A program made the translations under genes and the position numbers. A DNA stretch of 64,000 nucleotides, from contig CDPCPM010000120.1 of NCBI GenBank assembly GCA_976551045.1, positions 3,410,001 to 3,474,000 of the forward strand, given 5' to 3'. Under the pieces are notes generated by a model. It saw nothing but the letters and a program-made list of their open reading frames with translations, had not been told where the DNA came from and ran no database searches. How positions within the stretch are numbered: the stretch's first letter is position 1; each line of letters opens with the position of its first letter. This stretch comes from Glaucostegus cemiculus (lineage: Eukaryota). This document shows positions 35,751 through 50,412 of the stretch, piece after piece.

Positions 35751-38700
35751 TCTGGTTATTCTGATGAAAGCATAGTGCATAAGTACCTGAAACATAGTGG
35801 ATGTGATTGGAAGACATTACATGGTAACCAGGGTTTTTTTTTAATGCCTTATTTCTAAAGATTCACTTTGAATTACAATAAAAGATGCCATTTGAAATGG
35901 TGTCAAAGTTCCAACTACGTTACTGGGCAGTTTGTTTAAATATATGGTATTCTTCTTCAGAAGTCAAATGAGAATGCTATAAAAGTCTCCTCAACTATTT
36001 CTATATTCGAAGACTGATTGGCTTCATATAAAACAAAAGTTTATAATGCTATCCAAGCAAGTCATTACACCCTTCAAAATCAGCATGGTGACAACCAGAA
36101 GTGCCGTGCTTTAGAGTTCTTGACAATGCACTTTTTGCTCATGATAGTATTAATGGGCATACTTGTCAGTATGAAAATATACGAATGCGATAAAGTAGAA
36201 GAACCCCTGCTGCTTCTCTTCAACTGTGATAGAAAGGTTTGACTTTACCAGTGAAAATACCCACAATTCATCACTCTTCACTGGAAGAGTCAAAACTTAC
36301 AATCACAATAAAGGGAAAGCTTCGAGTGATTCCGCTTGGAATATATTGAGATGGCCATTTTAGTCTAGCGTCACCTTTAGTGTGCATTCTGATTTCAATT
36401 TAAGTTTATCATTCTTTGAATTTTATAGGAATGTAAATTAATAAATAATACAAATTTGATATTGGATGTTTGACATTTCAAATATTCATTATCTTAAAGA
36501 TGAGAACACATTGAATAAAGTGACTTTAATCGTGAGGTATTTCAGTTGTTTTACATTTATTGAATGCAACTCGTCTTTTATTCTATATTGAGTTCATTCA
36601 GCCTCACCTATTTACTCCATGAATTACTGATTTAGCTAAACTTTTATAAGTAACACAATAAGAAATATATTCCCTGACATCCAATGAAAACATTTGTTAG
36701 AATGCTCTTTAATTTTAATTCTATATCAATTATTTTTATATACATCATTGACATTATATAAAACTATTTTTGGAACCAAAATCAAAAAAGCAGCATTCCA
36801 TTATAGAATTGATTAATTTGAAATATTACAAAACAAGAAAAAATTGCATTCTCTTTTACATTATGGTATTTGTCATTACAGAATTTAGATTTTCATATTA
36901 ACAAATGGTACATTTTTGAAAGCTGTGAGCATTGTAAGAATGAAGAGTTTTATAGTTTCTTTGTATTGTTATTCTTGGCAACGTGTTGCCTATAGTGATT
37001 TAGTAGGTTAATACAATGGAGGGTTTCATCAATTTAAAAAAAAGTCGTTTTCAGGTGTTCAAATTAGTGTTCCCTATTACAGAACTGGGCTGAAACAAGA
37101 TGTATTTGGACCTTTTCTCAGATCTGTGAATCCCACCGTGAGCCATTGACTGTGCCATATTTGATTTCCCCATACTGCTCCCTTTACACCTGCGAGGCAT
37201 CCAGTGAGGCAGAGCAAGGCTTCAGTGGGGCTTAAGCCTAATGTGATGTAGTTCTGAGGCCCCATCCCTCAAACATCCTGACAGCCTTCGACAGACTGGG
37301 CTGAGGCTCCCCTTCTGCCAAAGCCTGGGAGGCTTTGTAAGAGTTTTTAAATGCTTTTGATCAAGACATTTAAAAACTATTGAGATTGCTGTAAAATATT
37401 TATTTTAAAATTATTATTTTCATTCAATGTAATCAATTAAACATTCAGAAATCATTAAGATGTTATAGTAATGTAAAACAAATAAAAATGAATAAGTGAC
37501 TCAAACTTGCCTCCCTTTTCCTATCTAATCTACACAGCAAGTAATCCCCATTCAAGTAAATGGGTTGCTCCTACTACTCCAGGCCTGGCTGGCATTGGAG
37601 GGAAGAGGAGGATTGTCCAGCATAATGTTGGGGAAGCCCAGCATGATTGGGCTCTGCCATTGAAGTCCATGTTGACCCCAGCAATGGGGCAGAGTGGCAG
37701 GTGCGATGGGCGGGTCAGTCAGCAGAACCCAGACTTGCTGTGGGTTCACACCCACCTGGAAGCAGACGAACACCCAGCAGTTCCCTTCTGAACAGCTGGC
37801 CAAGTCCAGCTCAATTCAGTCCATTTGGGAATTAAAGACTTGTGCTGTACATTGATGACCAATATTTAGCAGTTCTTGTGGTTACAGTTTGTTTCCCAAT
37901 TAGAATAATTAAAATCGCCAACATATTTCTCCAATCCCCATCATGAAATTAACATGGTTAGCTCTGAAATGGCTACTTTGAAATGCTAAGCGTGTGATTG
38001 TTGACTGATGATCATTGATCCTTGCTCTGTGGTGTTGCTGAGTTGGTCAGTGCCTGCCCCCTGGTGACTGCACTAGAAAGTGCAAATGCTTAAAGTTTTC
38101 TCTGCTCTCCATTACTGCCATTCTATTTTTTTTAAGGCATTCATTATCCATAAATGGTTCTGTAATGCAGAAGAGTAATTGATTTAAGTTGTTAATAACA
38201 GCTGTAACAATGTGTTCAGTGTACACTCTGTGCATATAATCTGTACTCGCCGTCTCTTTTTTTTTCTGAACCTGAATCACTTCCCTGCAGTTATTAAAAT
38301 AGCACAGAAGACAAAGATCATTCACTGTACATTAGACAAAGGAATTCTGTTAACAATAGTCAAATGATGGTTGCACAGTATTTGAAGGGTGTTATTCAAT
38401 AGTGTACTATTCCTCTTCTGGTTTTTGTGCTTATTTCAGAGAGCTGGAAGAGTAATCTCCCAGATAAATAGATTGAAAATGATTTGGAATAGGGTAGATT
38501 ATTATCTTTTGGATTTTTTTATAGATTTTGGCTGCCTACTTATAGTCAATTACTGGGCTAAGATGGTACATTTCCAAAGCTGTGACTTCATTTCTGGACC
38601 CACTTAACATCTTTACACAGAAACTGCTTTGTACAGTGTGATTACTGGTGAAAAATATACTGGCCCAACTAAATACACAATCGTTAGTTGTGAAAAGACT

Positions 38701-40519
38701 CTTTTGTATGGACGTAATATTTTCTGCCTTTGAATCCTGTGTTTTTTTTGGCTTTAAAAATAGTCATAAATAGAGAAAGTAAAAATCGATCACAGCATAA
38801 AGGGATTTCTTTGACTAGAATCAGTTTGCTGCCATGTATGAGAGAATATAAAAGAAAACCATAACTGCATTTTTATGTGAAATATAAGGGTGTTCATAGT
38901 TGCTGCAATTTTATTTTTTCATCCTGTTCAATAGATTAATTGCAGTGTGTTTTGTAATTGTGATGATAGGTCAATTATGTGTATTCAATTTTCATTGGAA
39001 TGCACACAAACTGACAAGCACTTAAAGGTTTCACAACACATTAAAATCACAAGGGAAGGGTCACTGCTCCTATTGGCTTGATGTTTGTTATTTAACCATA
39101 AAGAGATGGTTGGAATGTCATTTTTGTATACTTTGGGGACGATAGGTGTGTATCACAAATGTAAAATGTTTGTTGTGAAGAGCCCACTGTTTGCAGGTGT
39201 GGAATGCCCTGAGGGGGAACAGAAGTGATACCTCTGCAGGTGTCGGTTCCAATAACAGGAACTTCCCTGTTCTCTAGACAAACACTTTGCTCCTTCATCA
39301 TGCTTTTGAATTAAGACCTTGAATTTCATTCCCATTACTGCCTTGATAAAACCGACTGATTTAAAGTTGTGATTGCCAGAGAAGTTTAATTGTATCATTT
39401 TTTTGTTTTCAGATATACCGCACAAGATAAATGAAAGTGTATCTTGCACCATTTATCACAGCTTTTTTTTAAAAGGTGATGTGTAGGAAAGGCTTGCCAA
39501 ATACCTTTGCCCAATGATGGTGTCTCATTAACACTCCATGCATTATTAAAAATGGCAAGAAGCAGAGGTGGGATTCTGAAGTTTGTTCTTCTTAATATAG
39601 GTGCATGTATTAGGAACAAATATTATTGAATATTTAGAATACTTTGATTAAATAGAATAAAAGCTAGATTGTATACTTGTGTGTGTTTGACTAGAATTTA
39701 CATTTATACTTTAAAATTACTTTTCTAGTTTCACTCAGTGCCACATGTATTGCAGTATTTCAGCTCTAATGAGCTTTTGAGCATTTAGACCCCATTGTTC
39801 CTGCCCTGCTGTAAATCTAGGTTGAGAGATACACCTCCTCCACTTGTCATCATGTGGATCTTGGGTTCTGATATCTAATGGACATCAAAAGGCAATCCAC
39901 AGCATCAATCTGCTACCAGACTGTAAGCAATTGTATATTCTAAAAGTTAGAAATCTTTGTTGGCAATCTTATTATCTAAACAAGCATATTAGATGCTCCT
40001 CTCCACATAATGGAACTATCAGGTGGTTTACTGTAGATTAACATCTTAATTATAATGGAAAGAGGAATTTGATTTAAGTCTGTGACATGCGTTGTTTATA
40101 ACATTACCAACAATAACCATGACTTTTTGACCCTAACCTTGAAGCTAGAATGCATGAATCAAACCTCATTTTGGAAAGAGAAGCTAAGCCCAGAGCTTTA
40201 TCATCAGTAGAAGCCACTTCCTAGTTGCCCAAACCTACATCAAGCAGTTGATCAAATATTTCAGATTTTTTTCTGCTGCAAACAAAATTTTGGATACGCC
40301 TGAGTTAGCTCATAACATGTATTGTTATACCAGAGCCAGACAGAAATATCACTATCTTAAGCCAAAAGTTTTGAAATTAGTTCAGTTGCCTTTAGCTGCT
40401 CAATGCTTTTTTTTCTTGCCCTCTGTATTCAAGAAAAGTTGGTAAACTTCTATAATTCCTTTAAGTTGATAACAAGTAGACTCTAAGGAAAAGTGATATT
40501 GACCTCTGTTACTCATTGA

Positions 40520-40837
40520 GTAATATGGTGGGCTGGATTAATAATCCAAAGAATGCAATTTCACTTCCTGCTGTGGAAGGATGAGAATTTGAATTCAGTT
40601 TAACAAAAAAAATGGAAGTAAATGTGAACATAGGATTGTTGGATTATCATAAATTTTACTGTCTTTGCCCTATACATGAGTGTGGCCCCACACTGTTATC
40701 AAAAACTTCTACCTCCTCTTTGTAGTCATATGAAAGACCTAATGTGATAGAAGACCGTCACCACCTTCTCAAGGACACTAGGAACGTTCAACAAATATCT
40801 TCAGTGAACCCAAGTACCCAGAGTGATTTAAAAAAAA
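40520..40837 (+). mobile_element. SINE sharing its 3' tail with the LINE at 1030/7955
   Basis: Head GGATTAATAATCCAAAG..GAGAATTTGAATTCAGTT; tail CACCACCTTCTCAAGGACACTAGG. An inverted head fragment lies at ~40940-41007. Confidence 0.55.
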
Positions 40838-43800
40838 GCTTTGACCACTCAGAGCTGCACTCAGTATTAACATTTTGACCAAACAGATGAAGGGCAACTT
40901 TCATATCCTCCATCGTCTTTCTTATTTGATTATAAATACCCCAGCTACTATGTGGGATTTCAATTCATGTCTCTGGAATAATGATCTGACATTCTGGGTG
41001 CCAATCCACTGGCTTAACCACTATGCCCTCAAATGTTCAGGTACAAAAGACTTGACTAATATTTGAAAATGTGAAGCTCTAGGTTCCAGTTAAACATCAT
41101 TCTGTTATAGACATGCACCTATGAAATAAATGGCAATCTAACTGGTACCTTGGAGTTTGCATAATGGAACTCAAATATTTCACTTAACCACATCACTAAT
41201 GATACATATTCCATGTTAAGTCATGCGGGTATGTGATGAGAGAAAGTAAATTATATATGCTTCCATATATAATATAAATCGAGGTTTCTGCCCAAAACAA
41301 AAGCTGTGCAAAGTCTATCGAACAAATGCAGCTTGATAAAATCTAATGCTGTAGGTGTGGAGATAAACACAATGGGATAATACAGTGTCAACTTTGCACT
41401 GTAGAATTGGGTTGACATCATAGAGCTCTTGCGCTTTATGACTTTTATTACCATCAGTGTGCTGACTATATCTCACAGTTATCAGCCTCAGGGAAGAAAA
41501 TAACAATCTTGTAATGCTCGCTTCAATGAAATCTTCTGTTCATACCTGTTCAATGAAATAATGATACTTAATGTATTTTTTCAGGATGGTAAATGGATAT
41601 TAAGCCATGTTATGATGTCATGGCTTCCTTGTGACATTAAAACAATGGAAATGTGATTTGTGTTGACACTGTTCTCTACAATTATTCAAACAAAATTCAG
41701 TCCCAATGAATGACATATTCTTCATTTTGACATGGTAATTATTATAATGGGACACTAAAAAGTCTATCTGTAATGCTTTTGAAAGGTTTATGCATTGGTA
41801 TTTTTACTCCTTTATCCAGAAAGCATAATGATAAACACTGAAATACTGGTCTGAAATTTATGATGGAAGAAAGGATGAAGCTATCAGCATTTACCATTAT
41901 AAAAGAGGAAATCTGACTGAAATTGGTGTATGCCTAGTTGAGCAGAAATTCAAAAGTTGCAGTCTATACAATGCATAGGGTGAGCTGTTGCAACTTTCCT
42001 TGAGGCTATCACCATAAGGAGTGAACCATAACGCACATAACGTCTCGTGCAATATTTGACCTGGAAAAGGCACTGGAAATCTTTTGCCTTGTTGAATGAG
42101 GCAACAAAACTTTAAAAGGCAATTATAACTAAATTGTGCTTGCTGTAGAATAACCTCTCTAACTCTGAAAATTAACTTTAAAAAGATGGATTTTGTTTTA
42201 TTTATGATATTTCAAATTCCATCTTAATCTATGTCTTTAATATGCTTTCTGTAAAACTTATTTTAAAAAAATTAAAAATTAGAACTATTTGTCATCTGGT
42301 TTGCAGTCAGTGCAACTTCATCAAGTAGATTGGGTGCTGAGTAATACCATCATAGTCGCTTCAGACCACTCAATAGACCCAGCATCTGATTTCAGCTTCT
42401 GATGGAAACAGGGAAATTTGCACCACAGATCACTCTTAATCTTTGTGGACAAATTTCTTCAAGTTCACATACTTCATTCCTGACAGCAAAATCCAGGCAT
42501 TTTAAGGCAAATATAATTTTAGTCTGCTTGTTAAAGCCACACAAGACTTAAAAGTTATAAAAGAGCCACAATGATGAATACACATCCAATGGTTGTTATT
42601 AGTTTCCAATTGTACCTGTGACTTTTTATGAAGATGACAGGTTTTTCATACCTCTCCATTACACTCTGTTATGGCACATTCATTGGAGTCCACAAGCCAA
42701 TGAAATATTCCTGTTCTTGGTTCAGGAAGATCACACTTCATTAAAACCAATTCTTACAAGTTAATATGTTAGTGATTAATCTTCAAAGTATTTTAATTAA
42801 ACCTGAAACAAAGTAAACTGTTTCACAACCCCACAATTACATCTTGGCTTCAATAATGTAATAATGTCTGTAGTATTCATTATTATCTCAAGAAACCAAC
42901 AACAATTTGAATATATAAAAGGTCAGTGTTGCCACAGTAAAGTTTGTATTTTTTTGAACAGAAAGGGTTCCAATGAAATGACTGAAAATCTCATGATGCA
43001 ACATGGCTTGTGTCCAGAATCACAGCTGTTTAGAAACAGTATGGCTTTTAGACATTTTGTGTAAATTTCAATTCTTCAAGTAGTTTCCACAAGGCCAATA
43101 GATGATAGTCACAGTTAATGTAAAGAACCAGGCAGCAAGCTATGATTAATGTACCAACTGATCTTCAATTCATTATTAATCAACAGTTTGATACTATTGC
43201 ATTAGGAACCTTAGAGAAAATTGAAAAGTTCATAAACTACAGAAAAATTTCAAGATTAGGTTTCAAAGATCCATAGTAATTGTATTATTTTAGCCTTGAT
43301 TTCCATCACAAAGTGGGATGAAATGACAAAAGATGCCAAGGTTGAGATATGTTTATTAGAGTGTGATCTCTTCTGGTTGAAAGTACAGGCAACAAAATTT
43401 GAAAACAGACCTTTGAAATGAACTAAATCTATCTGAAATATTCAAATGAGGAGATCCAGTGCCTGAATAGCATTTTACTTTGGTTGTAGAAACTTCAGTA
43501 AAGTCCTCCAACTGGATCTGCATTGTTAATCCTGATGATGTAACTCTAAGTCTATTTAAAAATAAATAAGTGCCAAGTACAGCAATTAAGATTTGTGTAT
43601 TGATAAACAAGAGAGGGATAACTTGCAGACTGTTTAAAAGAAAACAAGTTTCTAATCCTTTGCCAGGGTTAACTCTTTGTCTAGCTCTGGGCAATAACAT
43701 TTTTGGTAAATTTGCTAACACAGGTTCTCAGCACTTTGTTCAAACATTAATCCAGTGGGATCTGCTGTGATCCTAATTTAGAAGGAATTCATTACTGTAA

Positions 43801-46800
43801 TGTGACAGCAGGATTAACCTAAAACACTGCATGTTCAATTCTACGTTCTTCAAGATGTTGAAATAAAACTGATTAAAGGTTAAAACAAGTTTTCCTTTAC
43901 AACTAAATTTTGTATACAGCATAATTAGATATATGAGTTAAGTTTAGGTTATCTCAGTGGATGGAGTTAGTTGTCCATTGTGAATTTAAGAAGCTGCCTA
44001 CAAAAGCTTAATGTATGTTGCCCTGGAGAAAGAAATTGGACAACCAAGAGAGCTTATTTCCTTATCATTTGATCACTTTTTTTGACATGAGTGGTTCACA
44101 CCTTTTTTCACCAACAGCTTCCTTGTACACCTGCTCAGTCACCTCATCAATTTCATTTTAGCAAAGTAGTTTCCTTTCAGTTTGTCTGCCAGAAGATTGC
44201 GAGTGTGATAAGGAAGAGAAACAGATAAGTATTGCCAGTCTTTATCTTGGTGTCTCTGTTTGTTTTTGCATTGGTCTACGTAATGAAACAAAGAGGATTT
44301 AATCATGTTAAACAAAGGGCTATTGGTACCCAGGGGGATCGCATTTACTTTGCTCTTGGTATACTCGTTTCATATTGCATCTCTCCCTCTTTGTCGATGC
44401 AGTACACTGAGTTTCCTACCTGAGGCTTAGAATTGGGAGGTGTGAAATTCAGCACTTGTTTTGACAGGTGCTCCTTCCCAAACAACAACCCAGGACAGCC
44501 ATTGCCTGTGCACATGAGCAATAACCTCTGATATGCTAATTACTGTATTTACTAAACTTTTCTCCTTAATGAGGTTTAGAAGCTCCAAACATCTTTGTGA
44601 CTATTGACATGAAGTGATTTTCTTGCTAAGATTTGAATTTAATCCACTATTCACTTGGTGCTCAATAAATTGACCCGACAGTAATAAGGTCAAAATCCCT
44701 GGAGTGAGGAAGACAGTATTAGTCTCAAGTGAGTTAGAAAGGTCTTCTTCTCAAGTGAGATTACATACCGCCTATTCCGCTCACTCTATGATGCTTTATG
44801 TTAAATTATTTATTTTAGTTGAGATTATTGGAATTGGGGAGGCTGTTTTAAAAAAATCTAGCTGGTTATTTCAAAATGACATTCGTTTTTGCTCAGGTGA
44901 GGATGATTCACACCTTTGAAAATCATACGAATGAAGATTCGAGTAGATCAAATGTAGATTATGAGCACTGTAGGTTGTTCAATTGTCAGACAGTGTCCTA
45001 CTGAAAACTAGTAGGTCTGCGACTAAACGATGATTCAAAACTGTATAAATGTTCACCAGGGGGTGGAAATGGTCCAAAGTTCCTTCCAAAATGCAGATGC
45101 TGTAAATAATGGCTTTAAATCACTGCTGTGGTAATTACCACATCCATTTTGGACTAAGAAATGTGGAACTGGCTTTTAAACAACATTGGTAGACTTCCTA
45201 GTCATTGTTCAGTTCTGCAGCTTGAAATTGCTCCGCTATCAGCCTCAAAATGATTTAATATTTGCCACTGTTACATCTGTATAATGGTGATTTAATGTTT
45301 AATGGCAATACAACATCAGGTTTGTGACAGGATGAATGTGTTGTGGTTGTGATATTAGTCAAGAAAAAAACGTAACTGCCCATGGATTTATTCTTTAGAT
45401 TTTGAATGTAAACACAACATTTTAAAGAACTCCAAATATAATGTTTTAACTCGTCCCTGGTAAGATTTAAATCTATAGTGATATCTTGATGCAATCACAA
45501 GCATAGACATAATCCATCATATAAAGATACGTTAATACTCATATTCGGTAAGCAGCATTAGATGAGTTGAAGAGATAAATTTGAGGAATTGTTATATTGG
45601 TTTAACTATCATCTTTCTCCCTGCACTGGCATTGCTCCTGCTTCTTAGCTGCAGGTCTTAAATGAATAGATAATGTGTCAGCCACTACAGGTGTTCATTT
45701 AAACCTGAGGCATTTAGCAGGTATGAGAAACCTTAATTAACATTTTGTTTAATTACTGCCCTATGACCCCTTTTCCTTTCCCATGTTGGTTCTCAGCTTC
45801 CCAAACAAAAGCCAATCCCTGCAGCTACATTACCGACAGAAACTTAAATGTGCTGTTTTGGGTTGCGTAGTCTCCTTACTCTGACACGATGACATTCCCA
45901 TCAGCTGGAAGCACTTCCTTTTCAGTTATCATAAGCTGCTTAAAGAAGTTTCACTAGCTAGCTTTGTCTTTGTTTGTTAAATTCAGTTTCTTTCTTTTTC
46001 TATGATGACAAATTGCACTCTGAGTGTTTACCAGTGGGCTACTTTAACATTCACTTCCATCCCAGCAGCGACAGAGACTGGCTTTTAATATAAGTAATGT
46101 TACCTCTACACACCGAAGGGCAATTGGCAGCTCTGTATGTTCTAGTTCAGTGAAAAGATTAAAATCAGATGTATCACTTTTCATTAAGATAGTTTTAAAG
46201 AAAGGCTTTTGTAAGAAACTTGCAGCTTTGAAATGTGCTCGAAAATCATCTTCATCATACATATGGTGAATTGACATTTCTGTCACCATTTGTGATTATA
46301 TTGAGCCAATGTGGGTGCTATAGTAACAGCTTATGCTGTTGCCAGTATTGTCGTTTCTTCTCACTCTCCCTGCAGGATGGCACAGTATCTCTGACATTTT
46401 ATTCTCCTTACACATTATAGTTAATGATCATTGTGCATAAGTGTGTTTTGCACTTTTTTAATGAATTAAAGTGAACTTTGCAACATCCTTTGACTTTTTA
46501 TTATGAAGAACTCGCCGTCTTCACCTCCTTCATTTGAACCAAAGATCATGTCAAAATGTCTGATTTCATTATTCAAAAGCGAAGGAAAACAGACAGTTGA
46601 TCTGTTTAGCACTTTGTGTGAGAGTCATTACTTGTACATGTTTTAATGTGCAACATTGTCTCTTTGTGGATGCCACTAAATGAAGTATTTATCAATTAAA
46701 GAGGAACTGAAAGTAAGCCTACAGAGAATATGCATTTCCTTACAAAAGAAACTCTCTCATCTGCTTCATAATGAGAGAGACAATTATTCTGACAGGCAAG

Positions 46801-48774
46801 TTCATTAGCTTCATTATGTCAGTGAACTAATGATTTTTGCCTTTGTTTCCAAATGATTTCCAAAGTGTAAATGTACATTTGTACCAATTTTCCAAGAGTG
46901 CCAGCCTTATTGTAAAATACATTCAGTGAGAAGATAACGTAGGAAGAGACAAAGAAATTAACCTGACAAAATGTAACTGCCGAAAATTGTTCAGGCGCAA
47001 TTCCTTTTGTTCACATGTTACATGAAATCACTGGCTATTACCAAGATTTAAATTATGTTTCTAAGTTACTGGGAGAACAGAATTAAAATATTACTTGTCC
47101 ATCAATTTTGTTGAATCATATGTAATCTGTTCTGCCTTTTTAGTAAATCTCAGAAAAAAATCTTCCTCTAAAACTTACATTTCCTGTGAATCAACATTTG
47201 AAATGTACGGTAAAGTGAGAGAGCTCTAAGAACACAGCTGTTAGTTTAGCAAAGGCACTAACAAGGAGCATTGGTTGCATTTTTAATGAACAACATTGAA
47301 CTTTATAATTATCAGCAACAGAGTTGGATGTAGGTGCAATTACTTGTATATTGTCAGTGCTGTGGTACTGCCTAGCAAACACAGAAATATTTATTTCAAT
47401 TCCTGGATAGCCTTTCTCGCTCTAAGTGGAGGTAGATGATGGTTGAAATCCCTCTGTCGAAGCAAATACTAAGGCAATGATGCTGATCCATGGCACATCT
47501 AAGCCTACAATGCTTGGCACTATTCCTGTATTTGGTATGACTGTGGATACTGTGAATTGTTAGTGTTGAGCATGTAATCTGTCAGCCTTGCTAAGCATAC
47601 AAAATGAAGTAAATACATTTTTAGCATGCAATTAATATGCATCTACAATAGGTACTGTAAAGCAAAACTGATAGCCACGGCAAAACACTTCCACATTCAT
47701 TAAATGATCTATATTTTGGCTCGCACAAATGAGAACTGCAGTAAAATAGCATCTAATTATGTCTCATTAAAACTAGCAGAAATCAAAACAGCAGCTTAGT
47801 TTGCCTGCATGTATAACATCAGATGATGATGTCTTTTAACTAAGCTTGCTGATTTATTTAGTTAATGCAGAAATAATTGGTTTTCGGACATAATGATTTC
47901 AAATTCCCAAAGACACCGTCTGTCATCTGTGATCTCATGAGATGGAATGTTTAAATGATCTGAGTGCCCTTAAACTACAAGCAGGATATATCTGTCTTGC
48001 ATGCTAATTTGTTATGTATTGCATAAGTGTTTTAATGCTGCATCTATCTGTAATGTTTTTGTCAGGGTTCCAAATTACAAAATTTAAGCCAACTGTGACA
48101 ACTTTAATTGGACAAGTTTATGGCAAATTAACTGATTTCCACTGTTCTCTAACAAGTTTCCATGGGTTTCATACACAGTGCCATGTCACTGTGTATGGGG
48201 ATTGGATTGGTTGCATCATGCAATAAGCTGCCATATAATACATCACTGTATGTGTCCAGATTTCAGTTACACAACAACCTGTGATAATTACTAAACATCC
48301 AATCTGGCTGACAACAATACTGGCACAATAATGAAAAGTTAACAATATGAAAATCATTGCTGGGGAAAACAATAGTGATTTTTCTGATGTAAATACATTT
48401 CCAATTGCAGGTTAGAATTATGGTTCATTATAAAATGAGTGTGTTTACCTTCCTCAACAATTCATATTCCTATGTTTCCATAATTTTGACATTTGAGACA
48501 GTTTTCTTCAGAGGATAGACTTAAATCAGAGGCAAAGAAAACAATGTTTAAATTTTTTGGTGAAATTCAATACATTTGAAAATCACATTATACTTGTAAA
48601 TTTTGAACAATTTTAATTTAGTTGGTTAAAGTTTGCATTTTACCAAACTTTTAGTATGAAATGCTCCCTTGATGGCCTAACAGTAACAACGTGAATTTAT
48701 GTTGATAAAAAGCATGCCAGGCTGCTCATGGAAGTATAACTGTACAAAAAATACCATCCAGCTGAACCAAATTG

Positions 48775-48870
48775 ATTTTATTTCTTTTTCCATGGATGCT
48801 GTTTGACATGCCAAGGATTTCCAGCATTTTCTGTTTTTATTGTAGATTTCCAGCATGGCAGTACTTTACT
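48775..48870 (+). mobile_element. Penelope-derived terminal fragment
   Basis: CCATGGATGCTGTTTGAC..TTCCAGCATTTTCTGTTTTTATTGTAGATTTCCAGCATGGCAGT. Confidence 0.65.
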
Positions 48871-48879
48871 TCTGGGTTT

Positions 48880-50230
48880 TGAGATATTCAGTGGGATGAC
48901 TGAAAACTCGGTTGTAAAGTTAAGTTTGGAGGAGGAAGGAGAAGTGGAAAGACAGAGAGATTTGAGTTCCTGAGTTTAGAATCTGGACAGCTGAAGGCAC
49001 TGCTGCCAGTAGTTGGGTGAAGAAATGTGGACATGCAAGAGACCAGAGGTGGAGGAACATCTTGGTGAGTTGCAGGTATGGAGAAGGCACAAAGTATGAT
49101 GGGGTTTGTAGGGCAGGCCAGGGTTGTAGAGTTCAACAGGAAGATCTGAACTGATCAAAGCCATTGAAGAACAATACAGGTCGTCCAGCATGGCTAGAGT
49201 TACGGCAGGTTAGGATCCGGCTAGTGATGGTTAGCATGTGTTCGTTTTAAGCAGATGGAAGGTAAAAGAATGATCAGCTGGGCATTAAAATAAGCAAGTC
49301 TAGAGGTAAAAGCAAAATGCACTTGGGCACAGTATGAGTTTTTTAGCAGCAGATAGAATGAGGCAGGGAGACAAATGGCCAATGTCACAGAATGACTACG
49401 TGGATGTAAGTAAAGGTTTTACTAAGACCAAAGGTATCAAAGACTTGTGGAAGAGAAAGTGCTTGAGCTGATTGTTAACTACAGTAAATGGAGAACAACA
49501 GTTAGGAATTTGAGAGTGCTATAGTTTGTGATGTGCAGACAGCTTCTCTGGCTGAGTTGTAGAAGGAAATGAGGTTGGAAGGGGGATGAAGTGATAAGGA
49601 TTAAAGAAATGGATGGTCTTGACTGTGATGGCAACAAAAGGAATAAGAAGAAAGAAGGGTTGAATGAGATGAGATCCTCAAAGGAACAGATCATGGTGAA
49701 AGACTGTTGTGAGAGACCAAGTTGAAATTTAATTATGGTGGTTTGGATGACAAGATTGTGGCAAGCATAGCCAGACAAGATGTCAATCTGGGGGGAAAAA
49801 AAATCACTCTTGAGCCAAGATCACAACAGGACATTGCCAATGGAATTATCCATATTAACATCATGGTCTTCTTCCCACGTGAATGGATATTCTAGAGGTT
49901 TACATGAAAAGCTTAAGGATTTATTGATTTACTAATAAATTCCAGGAGTTGGTGAGGTGAGTGGGATGAGAACGATGGCTGGTTAGCTCTGATGGACTCA
50001 TTGGATGAATATTCATTGAGAGAGGAGAAATGAATAGTTGTGATCACTGCTCATGATGCAATGAAAAATGCCTCAATGACCAATTGGAAATTTTTGAGAG
50101 AGGCAAATAAGTAAAATGCGGGCTCATCCAATCCTCGTATGGTGACGTGTATATTGAAGGATTGGGGTGCATTTTTTGGAGATGCGAGTCGAAGTATGTG
50201 GCTGGGAAAACTTGAACATTTTGAGTAACT
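48880..50230 (-). mobile_element. L2 LINE, decayed 3' portion
   Basis: GGGATGACTGAAAACTCGGTT..CAGCTGAAGGCACTGCTGCCAGTAGTTGG..CAAGAGACCAGAG..CAAGTCTAGAGGTAAAA; purine-rich antisense L2 character continues to ~50.2 kb. Confidence 0.6.
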
Positions 50231-50412
50231 TGGGTTCTCTTTGAGTTTATCCAATCCAAGTAACAAGACAAAAAAATAAAGATGTTCGACAATTTGCCAA
50301 TAGCTGCCCCCAGATTTTCTTTACTAATGTGAATTTAAGTTCTTTTTGACTGTTCTAACATTGTTATGTTCCATGTAACTTTAATGTATTATTTTGGATC
50401 CCTGCCTGAGAT

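Noticed and set aside
43356-43721. 121-aa minus ORF with an internal acceptor-like site near 43552
   Set aside because: No recognisable homology, weak donor and no partner exons; cannot be supported.
44448-44474. REST/NRSE-like TTCAGCAC..GACAG
   Set aside because: Half-sites are imperfect and the spacing is non-canonical.
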